Below are positions 1 through 12,769 of a stretch of 64,000 bases of DNA, piece by piece. Every line of letters begins with the position of its first letter. Position 1 is the stretch's first letter. Below the pieces are notes generated by a model. That model ran no database searches and had not been told where the DNA came from. It saw nothing but the letters and a program-made list of their open reading frames with translations. The translations under genes and the position numbers were made by a program. The stretch is from Octopus vulgaris (lineage: Eukaryota), in the NCBI GenBank assembly GCA_951406725.2, contig OX597818.1, positions 81,344,001-81,408,000 on the forward strand, written 5' to 3'.

Positions 1-235
1 GGGATCGCGGGTTCGAATCTCAGACCGGGCGATGTGTGTGTCTATCAGCGAAACACCTAAGCTCCACGCGGCTCCGGCAGAAGGTAATGGTGAACTTCTG
101 CTGACTCTTTCGCCCCAACTTTCTCTCACTCTTTCTTCCTGCATCTTGCAGCTCACCTGCGACGGACCGGCGTCCCGTCCAGGTGGGGAACCTATACGCC
201 AAGGAATCTGATCCAGGCGTGGCTCGAGAAGGAAC
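1..235 (+). mobile_element. tRNA-derived SINE (5' end cut by the window edge) with V-domain-like 3' part
   Basis: Pol III B box GGTTCGAATC at 9-18. The body matches the SINE at 56645-57030. The 3' part CTGCGACGGACCGGCGTCCCGTCCAGG resembles a V-SINE domain. Confidence 0.75.
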
Positions 236-418
236 AAACAATGTATGTAAGTATGTATATGTACACACGCGCGCGCGCAAACACATATACTCACATACAC
301 ATGAAATGTCATGTATATACAGGGATTAGGGAGGTCATATAAACAATGAATAACTCGATACTTTTAATTTGGGGCGTATGTAGATACGAGTACATACATA
401 TATACATACATAATATAT

Positions 419-816
419 AGGCGTAGCTGTGTGGTAAAAATCTTGCTTCCCAACAACATTCTCCGGGTTCAGTCCCACTGAGTAGTACCCTGAGAAAGTG
501 CTTTATAGTATAGCTTTGGGTCGACCAGATCCTTGTGAACTGATTTGGTAGACGGAAACTGAAAGAAGCCCGTGGTATATATATATATCCATACACTTAT
601 GTGTGTGTGTGTGTTTGTGTCTATGTTCCCCCCACCACATCGATTGACAACCGATGTTGGTGTGTTTATGTTCCCGTAGCTTATCGTTCGGTAAAAGACA
701 CCTATAGAATTAGTACCAGGCTTGCAAAGAATAAGACCTGGGATCGCTTTCGTCGACTAAAAGGCATGGCCGCAGTGACATGACTGAAATAAGTAAAAAA
801 TGAAAAGAATAAAAGA
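419..816 (+). mobile_element. Abundant tRNA-derived SINE with internal (TA/TG)n and an AAAAGAAT-type tail
   Basis: A/B-box-like head and the GGATTTGGTAGACGGAAACTGAAAGAAGCCC block. Related copies lie at about 7957, 19255, 20340, 34362, 37800 and 56235. Confidence 0.8.
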
Positions 817-829
817 ATATATATATGTA

Positions 830-900
830 CTAGCCTTGAAGCCCTACTTCGGGCGGCACTCGGACTAGCACCAGCGGAGGGCACCTTTGAGGTCCTCGGG
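830..900 (-). mobile_element. Possible Helitron 3' terminus
   Basis: CTAG|T on the minus strand at 829-833, next to a GC hairpin (GCCC-TACTTC-GGGC). Confidence 0.3.
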
Positions 901-1439
901 ATGCATTTTCCATGTTTCATTTTTAAAAAATTTTATTCTAAAGATGAAAATTTGCGACACTTTCACCGAGTTATATGTGCTTCCAAGCTCACTGTAGTAA
1001 TTAATTTACTTCATATTTTTAGACTTGAACCACCATTCGTACTAAGCAAGTAAAATGTATGACTATTATAACTATTTTTCCATCACTTCACCATTTCTAA
1101 AGAAATATTAAAATGAGATTGAGATAAAATGAATAGGATCCATTTCATCTCAATGTCATTCTATCTTCTATTACAAGTCTTTAGAGGGATACTATAACCG
1201 GAACAGGAAGATTAGTTTACCACCTAGACATAAGTTTCATAAACTACAAAATATAAATATTCAAACTACCACACTTGAAACTTACCTGTTATAACACTTT
1301 ATCTCGATTTGAATGTACGCGAAGGCATTTAGAATGCATAAACTTACTTCTGAAAATGTGCTAAGCACTGATACTGATCATAGTTTAATTAATAAGCGTA
1401 GGAGCAAGGTAAATGCAGTAAAAATAGGGGAGTCAGTGG

Positions 1440-2560
1440 GGCCCCATTTAAGCGGTCTTTCCGAAATTGAGCCTCCTTACGATACTCCCTGGGAAGTTTC
1501 GTGGTGTAGTTTCAGGCGGAGACGATAGGGCGTCGGGAACGTTATATTTGCGAAGTTTGGGAACGAAATATATAGTAGAGGTTCGGGGTGTGGTTACGAT
1601 GAGACTAGTGGAAGTGTCTGGAAGTGAGCTAGAAGAGATAAGTTCATGAACCGTGGTGGACATTTGTTTCTGGTAATGGTTGGTAAAATCGTTCAGTACC
1701 TACACATAAATCAAGGGTCGTTCAGTTGGTGGTGTGCTTCTCTGTACAGGTTAGATCTCCAACCTACGACGGTGCTCTCTTTGTTAGCTGGATTGATAAC
1801 GAGGCCTCAGCTTTTATGGAACTTTTAGAGAGCATCTACTTCCGATGGAAGAACGTTCGATTTTCTTAGCTTCTTGAAACAGAAGAGGCCGAAAATAAAA
1901 TGGCGTTTATTGACAAATAAATCGGTGTCCAATTAGTGATGTGATTTTTGAGGGATATGAGCTTCTTTTGTGGTAAAATGCCTTGAGTTGGATCCATTGC
2001 AGGGAAATCTCAGTGTTAGCGCGTTAGCCGAATTCTTTGGGTTTGTCATGGAGGTGTATACAATTTAGGCCCCTGATAAGTAGAGGTGATTCAACGTTTG
2101 TGAGAGGTAGATCCCTGGGGATGGTGTAAACCATGTTTGTTGTGAGCAGTTTGGGAGACGTGCTTTGTGTGAGACAAAAAAGTAGTAAAGCTTGATTTTC
2201 AAGTGCCGTATCTCAAAATGTATCGATTGAAATTGTGCGCAAGAGCAAAAGATAGAATGGAGAGACCGGTAGAGATTGAGGTCTCATATCAGATGGTCGC
2301 GTTTGACGCATATGGAACGAATGTCAGCTCGCGTAAGTTGATTTGAAGAAGCAGGGAGGCTGTTAAGAATGTTTTGAGGATATTCCGTTGAGAAATACTG
2401 CCTAATAGATGGATGAAAATTCGGTTTGAAATCGCTTGGAATGATGCTGAGTCAATGACATCGTCCAAGGAAGATTAAATATCTGCCGAAACAGGTTTGT
2501 TTTAATATTAGATTGTAATATCGCAAATCGATAATATGTATATCGGTCATATTAGAGTGT
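1440..2560 (-). mobile_element. Penelope-like element remnant (N-terminal region and start of RT), frameshifted
   Basis: Minus-strand peptides NMVYTIPRDLPLT..LIRGLNCIP, VINPANKESTVVGWRSNLY (cf. KPADKGxxVVVW) and PRTSTIYFVPKLRKYNVP (cf. FYxLPKIHKxxxPGRPIVS). Confidence 0.7.
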
Positions 2561-2566
2561 ATTCCA

Positions 2567-2623
<57 letters not shown>

Positions 2624-2628
2624 ATATA

Positions 2629-3994
2629 TAAGGTGCGACAGGTAAATTGTTGCCATTTTGAATTTTTTACTTTACGCATTGCTTATTTTTAATTTTATCG
2701 ACAACACAAACGCCGTCTGTGAGAAAAACAGTACCATGTCGCAATTCAGTCTGCCAGAAATTTGAAAATTACATGCTGTACTGCTTGGCATTCGCGACAG
2801 ACATTTCAGTGTGTTTGGGTGTTAATCTGAGGACAGTGCAAAGGATTCGGTGAGAGCTGAATAAGTCTAATGGTGATTACGATGGTACGGCAGTTCGGAA
2901 ATCTCACTCTGATCATTCCAATGAGAAAAGATCTCCTGAATTTCTTGGTGAGATGTGAAAGGGTCAATTTTTATCCCAAGCCATCAAGGACAAGAAGAAA
3001 GACCGCGCTACGAAGCATTTGAACAAATTCAAGCATCTCTTCCAACCGAATATGCTTTCGTTTTTCTGAGACGAGAAAAATTTCTGCCAGGATCAGATAG
3101 TGAACACACAGAGCAACCGCTGGCTTGCCGTGTCGCCAATAACATGTACCGAGGCTGATAAAAGTCAAACATCCAGTCACCATCATGGTGTTTGGAGTGA
3201 TCACTAGTGATGGCAATGCTATGCATCCATTCATCTTCCCACACGGCCTCAGACTCAACACGGAGGCCTACATCAAGTGCCTGGAGGAAGCAGTGCTGCC
3301 CTGGGTCAAGAGGGTGATTGCTGACGAACCTGTGTCTGACAACATAACTCTGCACTATTTCTTTATTACCCACAAGGGGCTAAACACAGAGGGGACAAAC
3401 AAGGACAGACATAGGTATTAAGTCGATTACATCGACCCCAGTGCGTAACTGGTACTTAATTTATCGACCCCGAAAGGATGAAAGGCAAAGTCGACCTCGG
3501 CGGAATTTGAACTCACAAGGTAACGACAGACGAAATACGGCTACGCATTTCGCCCGGCGTGCTAACGTTTCTGCCAGCTCGCCGCCTGCACTATGCCACA
3601 CAAGTAGGAGAACCCAGTCATAGCTGTCAGACAATTTTTGCGACCACATCACCCCTAACATCTGGCCACCCAACTCCCCAGACTGCAACCGCATTGATTA
3701 TTATGTGTGGGGCGTAGTTGAGCGGGAGCCTAACAAAACTCCTTGTAACACAAGGCAAGGACTATAGCAGCATTCACCAACTTAAACAAGGAGACTGTCC
3801 AGAAGGGTTGCAGGAGATTCCGAAGTCGTCTTGAGGCCGTGGTTGAAGCCAACGGCGATTTCATCGAATAAATTTACTGTTTAATATTTCAAGATATTTT
3901 AATGTAATTTTGGTAAATATATCTGTTAAAATGTGATGTCAGTATTATTTTTATTTTTACGTTATTTAGACGACAGTTTATTCATTGCACCCTA
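2629..3994 (+). mobile_element. Tc1/mariner DD37D (maT-type) transposon, degenerate, interrupted by a SINE
   Basis: Imperfect TIRs (AGGTGC.. / ..GCACCCTA) with TA flanks. Motifs F.DEKNF, MVFGVITSDG and WPPNSPDCNRIDYYVWG. With the SINE removed, 37 residues separate the D2 position from D3. Confidence 0.85.
3359..3585 (-). mobile_element. SINE of the GGCGGCGAGCTGGCAGAAACGTTAG family with a 9-bp TSD
   Basis: CTGCACTAT at 3350-3358 and 3586-3594. Many related copies occur in the window. Confidence 0.9.
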
Positions 3995-4513
3995 TATATG
4001 TATACACCCCCCCACACACACACAATGCAAGCTTAAATAATGGTCATTAGTATTATTCTTGCCTTGTATATCACTTTGTGCAAAAACCAGTATTACTGGA
4101 GCATAACTGTGGATTTACAATATTGAATGGTGATGAACTATAACCCCGTACGTTGCCACCAGGATGCTCACAGTTCTTTACTAATATAAACAATGCTATC
4201 TGCATTTAGTTTGGTGTAGTACTAAGAAAGAGCTTATAAAGTATTATATTTTGCCCGGATGTAATCCCTTACTAATAACTCCTTTATATATATATATATA
4301 CACACACACATATATGTGTGTGTATTTGTGTGTACGTGCATATATATATATATACGTATATATGTGTGTTTGTGTGCGAGATGTGTATGTGTGTAGGATA
4401 ATATTTAACACGTTTCTATACGCTCAGGAGTGAAAAGACATTTCATTGCAAAAATAGTCTCACAAGAACTATGTGCAAAAACAAATCATTGGACTATGAC
4501 TGACATCATTGTA

Positions 4514-4558
4514 ACGTAGAACGCATGTTTCGTTGTTGTTACGCCTCATCAGCTACGC
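4514..4558 (-). ncRNA. Minimal type I hammerhead ribozyme motif (PLE-type) with weak stem II
   Basis: Minus strand reads GCGUAG CUGAUGA GGCGUAACAACAAC GAAAC AUGC GU U CUACGU. The core is intact and stems I and III pair; stem II is degenerate. Confidence 0.6.
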
Positions 4559-4689
4559 GCACTGAATCACTCGTTCACAGCCTTGTAACAGATGTGCGCA
4601 TAGCATGGTCAATCTGGAAGTAATTAATAGGAAGGGCAAATCAGCTTCCTTCGATGAGATGACGTTATTCATAGCCCAATGATGATGTA

Positions 4690-4830
4690 TTTCCTCACAT
4701 ATTGTCTATAAGCAGAACTTTCTCTCGAGACTATTTCAGCAGAAATGGTTTTACTGCGTCCGAATGGAACGAACGTTGTAAATATGGTCGTACACGCATA
4801 TAAATCATTCAACGCTGCTTCGTGCACCCC
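4690..4830 (+). repeat. Old dispersed repeat (probable Tc1/mariner 3' end); inverted diverged copy at about 7090-7225
   Basis: GCACGAAGCA.CGTTGAA...CCATTCGGACG...TAGTCTCG.GAGAAA is shared between the two loci in opposite orientation. Confidence 0.5.
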
Positions 4831-5118
4831 CATACACATAAAATAATATGCATGGACACAGGCAGATAGAGATGAGTATAGGTGAAAGCAAGCATTTGCA
4901 CTGTTGATTCCTTTAGAACTCATGGTAGCTTTGTTGATGATATATGATTGAATCCTCTTCGCAACTATAAAACTAAAAATGAGAAAGGTTGTAATTAGTA
5001 ATTCTGAGCTAATAGGATCTAAAGAATATATTTTAAAGTTTATACATTTACACACACATATATACATAATATACACACATACATCTATTTCTATCTCACC
5101 CACATATATAATAGATAA

Positions 5119-5520
5119 TAGGCGGCGAGTAGGCAGAAACGTTAGCACGCCGGGCGAAATGCTTAGCAGTATTTCGTCTGCCGCTACGTTCTGAGTTCAA
5201 ATTCCGCCAAAGTCGAATTTGTGTCTTTCATCCTTTCGGGGTCGATAAATTAAGTACCAGTTACGCACTGGGGTCGATATAATAGACTTAATCCATTTGT
5301 CTGTCCTTGTTTGTCCTCTCTGTGTTTAGCCCCTTGTGAGTAGTAACGAAATAGGTATTTCGCGTGCCGCTACGTTCTAAGTTGAAATGCCGCCGATGTC
5401 GACTTTGCCTTTCATCCTTTCGGAGTCGATAAATTAGGTACCAGTTACGCACTGGGGTCGATATAATCGACTTAATTCGTTTGGCTGTCCTAGTTTGTCC
5501 CCTCTATGTTTAGCCCCTCG
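5119..5520 (+). mobile_element. SINE (GGCGGCGAG family) with its 3' portion repeated in tandem
   Basis: Full unit at 5119-5353, then a second unit starting GGTATTTCG at about 5355-5520. Confidence 0.85.
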
Positions 5521-5547
5521 CGCACACAAAGAGACAATACGCACATG

Positions 5548-5606
<59 letters not shown>

Positions 5607-6259
5607 GGTTCTTTTCAGTCTGATACGTTTCTCCCGATGTTATTGAAAATTTCTACACAGTCGTATTTTTTCTGCGAATTAGGAAAATGATAATAAATAA
5701 ATAAAATGTCATATTCATATAAAAATAAAATCACAAACATTATTTTTCAAATAAATAATAAAAAGTTAACGAACCTTTCTGAAATGTTTTTTTTTTTTCA
5801 AATATTAGCCAATCAGATCCAACCACTAACAAAATAACGTCCTTATGGTGGGCGCCATCTTTGTCTTTTGATTTTTGGAGACAACAATATTTTTTCGAGA
5901 AATTAATAATAGTTTCTAATTTAGACAATGAAGCCATCAACTTAAACTCTTTTGTTACCATATTTCTATTGACGTACACCACCTTCATTTCAATTAATTT
6001 TGAAAATAATGAAGAGTTTAGTAAAATAACTTTATTATTAAGCCAGTGCTTGGAACAAAAAATTAACTTGAAATTTTGGCGGAAGGTTTTAATTTGAATC
6101 ACTTTAAAACGGGAGGTTTCTACCACAGAACCAGGGTGGGGCTCTCAATGCTCAGGGGATGGGTTGGCCAATGTCATCTACTCCAGTACTTCACGTGTAC
6201 TTTATTTTATCGATCACTAAAAGATGAAGAGCAAGGTTGAGCCCGGTAAAATATATGTA

Positions 6260-6289
<30 letters not shown>

Positions 6290-6290
<1 letters not shown>

Positions 6291-6518
6291 GTCATTCTGT
6301 TTTAATGCCTTATTAGTTAACACACTCACCGGTTCGATTTCCACATATTTATTTATTTATTGTTTTTTTTCCTAAAATTTTCGTTGCTTCTTGCAACCTC
6401 TTCAATAGAATCAATAACTACTGAAGAGGCTGCAAGAAGCAACGAAAGATTTTGAAAAAATGGGTGGAAATCGAGCTGGTGAGTGTCTTAACTAATAAAG
6501 CATTAAATTAGAATGACT
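6290..6518. repeat. About 230-bp palindrome of PLE pLTR-like sequence with hammerhead-like cores on both strands
   Basis: Arms AGTCATTCT..GATTTCCAC and GTGGAAATC..AGAATGACT. CTGAAGAG-GCTGC-AAGAA-GCAAC-GAAA starts at 6421 (+), with a mirror copy at about 6379-6404 (-). Confidence 0.7.
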
Positions 6519-6604
6519 TTTCGGGGACATAACAAAATACATTTCAACAAGCAAATTCACATAAAGAATCTTGCAAACCAAATGCAAAAACGAAATATAT
6601 ACTC

Positions 6605-6652
<48 letters not shown>

Positions 6653-6769
6653 TTAAATTATATATTATGTACTTTGTGTTTCGTTATGCGCTTGAACATC
6701 CGGTCTGTAGAAAAACTTTCTTGTATGAAACTGGTTCGTGCTTAGCAAATGGTTGTGGGCTGCTGGTTC

Positions 6770-6977
6770 TACTATAGGCACAAGGCTTGAAGTTTTGGAG
6801 AGGTGGCAAGTCGATTACATTGACCCCAGTGCTTGACAGGTACTTAATTTATTAACCTCGAAAGGATGCAAGGTAAAGTCAACCTCGGTGGAATTTGAAC
6901 TCAGAACGTGAAGACGAACGAAATACTGCTATGCATTTCGCCCAGCGTGCTAACGATGCTTGCCAGCTCGCCGCCTC
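6770..6977 (-). mobile_element. SINE (GGCGGCGAG family), diverged
   Basis: Ends GCCAGCTCGCCGCC and contains the AAAGTC.ACCTCGG.GGAATTTGAACTCAG block. Confidence 0.8.
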
Positions 6978-7956
6978 TAGAAATTTTCTTAAGAAATATA
7001 AAAACCTCTTCAGAACCAGAAACAGAGTTTATATTTATAACTACACAAATCTCTATTTGCCTGAGGACATGAACATTATTTCATAAATAGGGGACGCACG
7101 AAGCAACGTTGAAAGAAATATGTGTACAATAATATTCAACATGTTTGCTCCATTCGGACGGGGGATGACCTTTCTCTGCGGAAGTAGTCTCGGGAGAAAA
7201 TTCTTCTCATAGGCAAGGTGTGCAGCTCTTTTGCATTTTGGAAGGATAGAAAAAGTGCACTAACAAGGCTGTGGAGGATGATGAACTGAATAATTAGGAT
7301 GTGGTGGTAAACAAAACCTTGAAATATGTTTGTTCCGAGCAAAAATTTTGCGCGCGCCTCAAACTCACATTTGCAGATGGCGCTGAAATATACACCTAGA
7401 AGCTCGAGGATATATCCGCTTACTCCGTACATTATTGTTAATATGTGTGTATATGTGTCTGTGTGTGCGCGTGTGTGTGAGAGAGAAAGGGAGAGAGAGT
7501 GAGAGAGAAAGAGAGAGAAAGAGAGAGAAAGAGGGAGAGAGAGAGAGAAAGAGAGTAAGGCTTTCGTAGAATAATGTTTCCTGCCGGTCAATCTACCTAC
7601 CAACCATTGCAAATACAATTACAGGCGGAGCAATAAACCTTAATTGTAAACGACAAAACAAAACGACAATCAAGCCTTCCTGAAGTTAACTCAAGAAATA
7701 CGCGATAAGAATTGAAAATGGAAATGATGCCAACATAATTCCTGAATTGTCTTATAATTACTGGTGTGTTTTAACATAGCGCAAACTATGTTCCAATTTA
7801 TCCCTCTGACTGGCGAATCGAAACGTTTGGATTTGGGCGACAGAAATTACATATATTCACGCATTTCTCTAAGTAACTGTTGAATGTATTTGCTAAGTTT
7901 GCTGTAAAAATGTACGTCGATATAAAATATGATGTTGTAGATTTATTTATATAAGC

Positions 7957-8095
7957 GCAGGAATGCCTGCGCGGTAAGCTTGGTTCCGGTTCAATCCCAC
8001 TGTGTGGCAGCTAGGGTAAGTGTTTTCTACTATAGCCCAAAGCCGAACACAACTTTCTTAGTGGATTTGTGGACAGAAACTGAAATAAGCTCGTC
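7957..8095 (+). mobile_element. SINE head fragment (419-816 family)
   Basis: GGTTCAATCCCACTG..GTGGATTTG..ACTGAAATAAGC. Confidence 0.6.
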
Positions 8096-8119
8096 ATGTA
8101 TATATGTATGTAAGCATGA

Positions 8120-8167
<48 letters not shown>

Positions 8168-8170
8168 ATC

Positions 8171-8225
<55 letters not shown>

Positions 8226-8288
8226 AGTGTGTGTATATATACATATGTTTATACACACATACACACTCATATATATATATATATGTAA

Positions 8289-8476
8289 AGTTAATCCAAA
8301 CATGAAAACACAAAGAGAAAACACAACAACGCGAGGACGTGGAACAAGTATAGTATTATTGGACGGTCAGGAAGGAAGGGAAGAAGGAGCTCTTCGTCAG
8401 AAACACAGGAATAGGTAAGATCCAGAGAAGGGAAGACGGAGGAAAAAAAATCGCCAACAGTACACACGCGGTCACA
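8289..8476 (-). mobile_element. Short non-autonomous PLE-derived element; copy of 26617-26827 with a deletion in the hammerhead region
   Basis: Closely similar reverse complement of 26617-26827. It keeps CTGACGAAGAGCTCC but lacks GCTCGAAAC. Flanked by (TA)n and (TATG)n. Confidence 0.7.
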
Positions 8477-9282
8477 TGTATGTATGTATGTATGTATGTA
8501 TGTATGTATGTATGTATGTATGTATGTTTGTATGTATGTATGTTTGTATGTATGTATGTATGTATGCATGTATGTATGTATGTATGTATGTATGTATACA
8601 CACACACATATATAGATCACTATGTGCTTGTGGTTGTCCTCTGCTACTTGACAAGCAGGTATTGGCTTACGTCTCGGTAAGTTAGCCGTTCAGCAAGAGA
8701 GTACGATAAAATAGTTACCAGGTTTTTAAAAAATAAGTACTGGTTGTGGTTTGTTCGACTTAGTCGTTCCAAGTGATGTCCCAAAATGGGCCACAGTCCA
8801 ATGACAAAAAAAGTAAGAGATAAATATATATTGAAAATAAGGGGTTTTCTGAAACGTGTTGCAAATAACGCTACCTTTCACGTTAACCTTGGATATAAAG
8901 TTAATGTGTCAGTATGAGGGGATGCATCTTATCATTCTGGTAATGAATAAGCTTGCATTTTAGAAATATGCATCTGTTGCACAATGCAAAACTCAACTTA
9001 TCTGAAAACGAACTCGAGATTAACAAATATTTAATGCCAGTTTTGTGATAACAATATCTTAGTACTAATTAATGTTTTTAATACAGTTAAACGCATACCA
9101 TAAGCACACACATACACATCCCCTGAATATAAAATAAATCCCTCTGTTACCCCGTGCCAGCTGGGAATAAATCAGACGATATACAAAAATGTCACTGGAA
9201 AAACGGTTCAGCCAGCACCGCAAGTTGTAAAAGAGTGCAATCCATGGTACGAATGAGCCATGGGGAGCACATTTCGAGAGTA

Positions 9283-9490
9283 CAGTAATCTCTCGACTAC
9301 TGCAGGGGTTACGTTCCAAACCCCCACCCCAGAAATAATTAAAATATAAAAAAATATATAAATACCTATCGAATGAAGAAACCCAGATATACTGAGGAGT
9401 CCGCGATAAAAATTTACATATATTAGCCAGAAAAATCCGCGATGTACTGAGTGTCCGATAGGTGAACCGCAATAGGGCGAGGGATTACTG
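9283..9490. mobile_element. pogo/Tigger-type MITE
   Basis: TIRs CAGTAATC.CTCG / CGAGGGGATTACTG with TA on both sides. A related copy lies at 18190-18382. Confidence 0.75.
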
Positions 9491-9599
9491 TATACCTAGA
9501 AAATGATCACTTACCTGACGGACTTAAGGATGTAGACACAGGCAGACGTCAACACGATGAAGAATATAAGATGCATCAACGGCAAAAATTTCTAGAATT

Positions 9600-10960
9600 T
9601 GCGCGACCTTGAAGTCTATTAATCTAGATTGAAGTATCCGAGCAAGAAGAAGCAAAGGCAACGCATAGGATCACATCGTGGTGAACCACTGGAGAAGCTT
9701 GGTCAGGACTCACCCCCTCGGTATCGATTACCTCCATGTACCTGTACCCGTGACTTCATTCAGAGTCAACCCATGGATTATCTTGACTCTCAGCAAGCAC
9801 AAGAGAGCAGCAACAGCTTGAAGATATGTGCAGGATCCCATAAACAACATGTAAAGGTAACTCTGATGAATCAGTTGAAAGCAATGACAGCAATCATTGT
9901 TAGTTATGTGTCGGCCAGATTCCGTTTCTGGGAAATAGGAAATAGCAAAAGAATCTTACAACAAAAATAGACTCTTGGGTAACCAAAATACAACTTCGAC
10001 AGGAGCTGAAAAATCTTCGGAAACTGTACAATGGAGCCAGTGAAGCGGAAAATTGAAAACTATCAGAGCTGTGAGACCTGGGGAGTGAGAAGTCGATTGC
10101 TCTTAGCTGAGGAGAATGGATGTCACAGAAGATGAAGACGAGGAACATCCAGAACAGTAGAGTTTTTATTTCTAGTCACTTCAGTTTTACCAAGATAATG
10201 ATTAGTGATAAGCGAAGGGGTCACTTCGAATGCCCAGCGGGAGAAGTATTTACTTTACTTCGCAGCACCACTCCGTGACGCTATATTTGAGTAGGAGCTT
10301 GGCGAAAAGACGATTCTGATAAGCGTGTCACAACCCATATTTGAGTTAGATTTGAGTGAACCTAGCCAGAGATGATGTTCAGAAGCACCACCCCAGGAAA
10401 GAAATCATTACTTTTGCCAAAGGTAGAGAGAAACCTGATCAATTTCATGATCGGCGACCATATCTACTTTACATTGCCCCAAACTGACTGTTGATCATGG
10501 ATATTGTTAAGCAACTAAATATCTTACAGTACATGGTAAAAACGACACTCTGCCCAGAACAGATATCTCAGATTCCACTAAGCAGGAACAGGTAATCACG
10601 TGGAAACTGCATCCAAGAAAGCATGCCAAATATAGGAGCTGGTAAACGAGTGCAAGAGCCGAGGCTGTAGGGCTAGCTTTTAGTCTATTGATGTAGGCTG
10701 CCAGAGTATTGGGAGGCAATGTCTCTGCAAATTCTGATTGCGCTTACGGCTGCTGGTGCAGTTAAGAAAAAGTGCATACGTTCGATCACGGAAGTCATTG
10801 AGGAAACTATTACATGGTTTCGGATAAAGAGGGAAGATCTGCGGTTTTTGCTTCTTTGATTTATACCATGATTTAATGAACTCCATATGGACCATTGGGC
10901 TAGGGGATCTGATATTGAAAGACAGAACCCAGGAACATCACACTGCTAGACAAAATGTCT
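9600..10960 (+). mobile_element. Heavily decayed RLE-type (Hero-like) non-LTR retrotransposon, N-terminal/RT region
   Basis: Broken-frame peptides QLRQELKNLRKLYNGASEAE and F.FTKIMISDKRRGHFECP resemble Hero/R2-type pre-RT regions. Confidence 0.45.
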
Positions 10961-11329
10961 CGTGGTAATTGTTTCGATTCTCTGTGTTGGATCAAATACT
11001 GTCGAAGTCAATTTTGTTTTTCAATCTTTCGGAGCCAATAAAAGAAAAAAATTACCAATCGAGGACTGTGAATTGGGGAAATTATTTGAGCATTGAATGA
11101 GATGCTTTGTAATATCAGTTCCGGATCAGTGCTTTCTCGTCGCAATCCCTGTCACCCCGTCGGCAAAATACGGTGATATTTCGGTCAGGTTCCCCCACCT
11201 TCAAATAAAATAAAAAAATAAAGAATCAGTAGAAGTGTATGTGTTTGTGTATATATATATATATATATACGTACACACACACACACACATGTATATATAT
11301 ATATTACATATATATATTTATATATATAC

Positions 11330-11373
<44 letters not shown>

Positions 11374-11581
11374 GTATATAGGTGTGCGTATACATGTATA
11401 AATACAGAGGAACACATATTTTTGTATATACAAAGGTGTATGTATATAGAAATATGTATACTTAACTTTATACACACCGTGTGTGTATGAATGTGTGTTT
11501 GTGTTTGTATATACATTTATATGTGCACATAAACAATGTACTCAGATACATATATATATATGTGGTGTATATATATGTATA

Positions 11582-11664
<83 letters not shown>

Positions 11665-12769
11665 TGTATGCATGTATGTATGTATCTGAGTATGTGTGTG
11701 CAAATGTATGTAAATATATGTTCATTTACAAGCATGCGCACACATAAGTACATATGCATATACATACATACATATATACATACATACATACATAAGAGAA
11801 AGGATGTGGCAAGAGAAAACTAAGAGAGTGTGAGAGCGAGAACGAGAGTGAGTCAGAGATACAGACAGGTAATTTAATAGATAACGAGATAGGTGAATGG
11901 ATAAGGAGGGCCATACATTCCGCCACATATATAATGTACACGGTTAAAAAGAATTGCCAACAAGCAGCTAATGTAGAAGAACAGACACATTGACGAAGCA
12001 AAACATACATACATACGTATTTGTACAAGTCACAAATTTACACGCAAATCTAGGCGCACGCATACACACACATCTACCTATGTATCTTACACTTAATGAC
12101 ATACATGTACGGTTACACAGATTCACACACATGCAAATATATATATGTGTGCATATATATACATATATACGCAGCCACACACACATATATATATATATGT
12201 GTGTGTGTGTGTGCATATAAATATATATATATATATATATGTATGTATATATTAATGTATATATGTATATATGTGTGTGTATCTATATACATATATGTGT
12301 GCGTGTGTGTCTGTATATATATATATATATATACACATACACATACATGTTTATATATATATATATATACACACACATGTTTATATATATATATACACAC
12401 ACATGCATATTTATATATATACACACATACAAACACGCGCACACACCTGCTTACATGTAATTTTTACATAGCTACGTACGCACATATATACACCAGTACA
12501 TCTCCCCACACACGTGTATATATATATATATGTATCTAATACATATATTATACATATGCGCACGCGCACACACAGCATACACACACACACATACATATAT
12601 AGCTTGAATGTCTTCAATGATTTAGCTATTGTAGTGAAATTAGTCTTCTCTTGTAAAAACCGGACAGTTCCTACGACGAATCAATTACCGATTCTACAAT
12701 TACCAATTCTCCATGGACTGGTCTTCAGAAGTTGCAATCGCATAATCATTCATTGATTTTGGTATGGTA

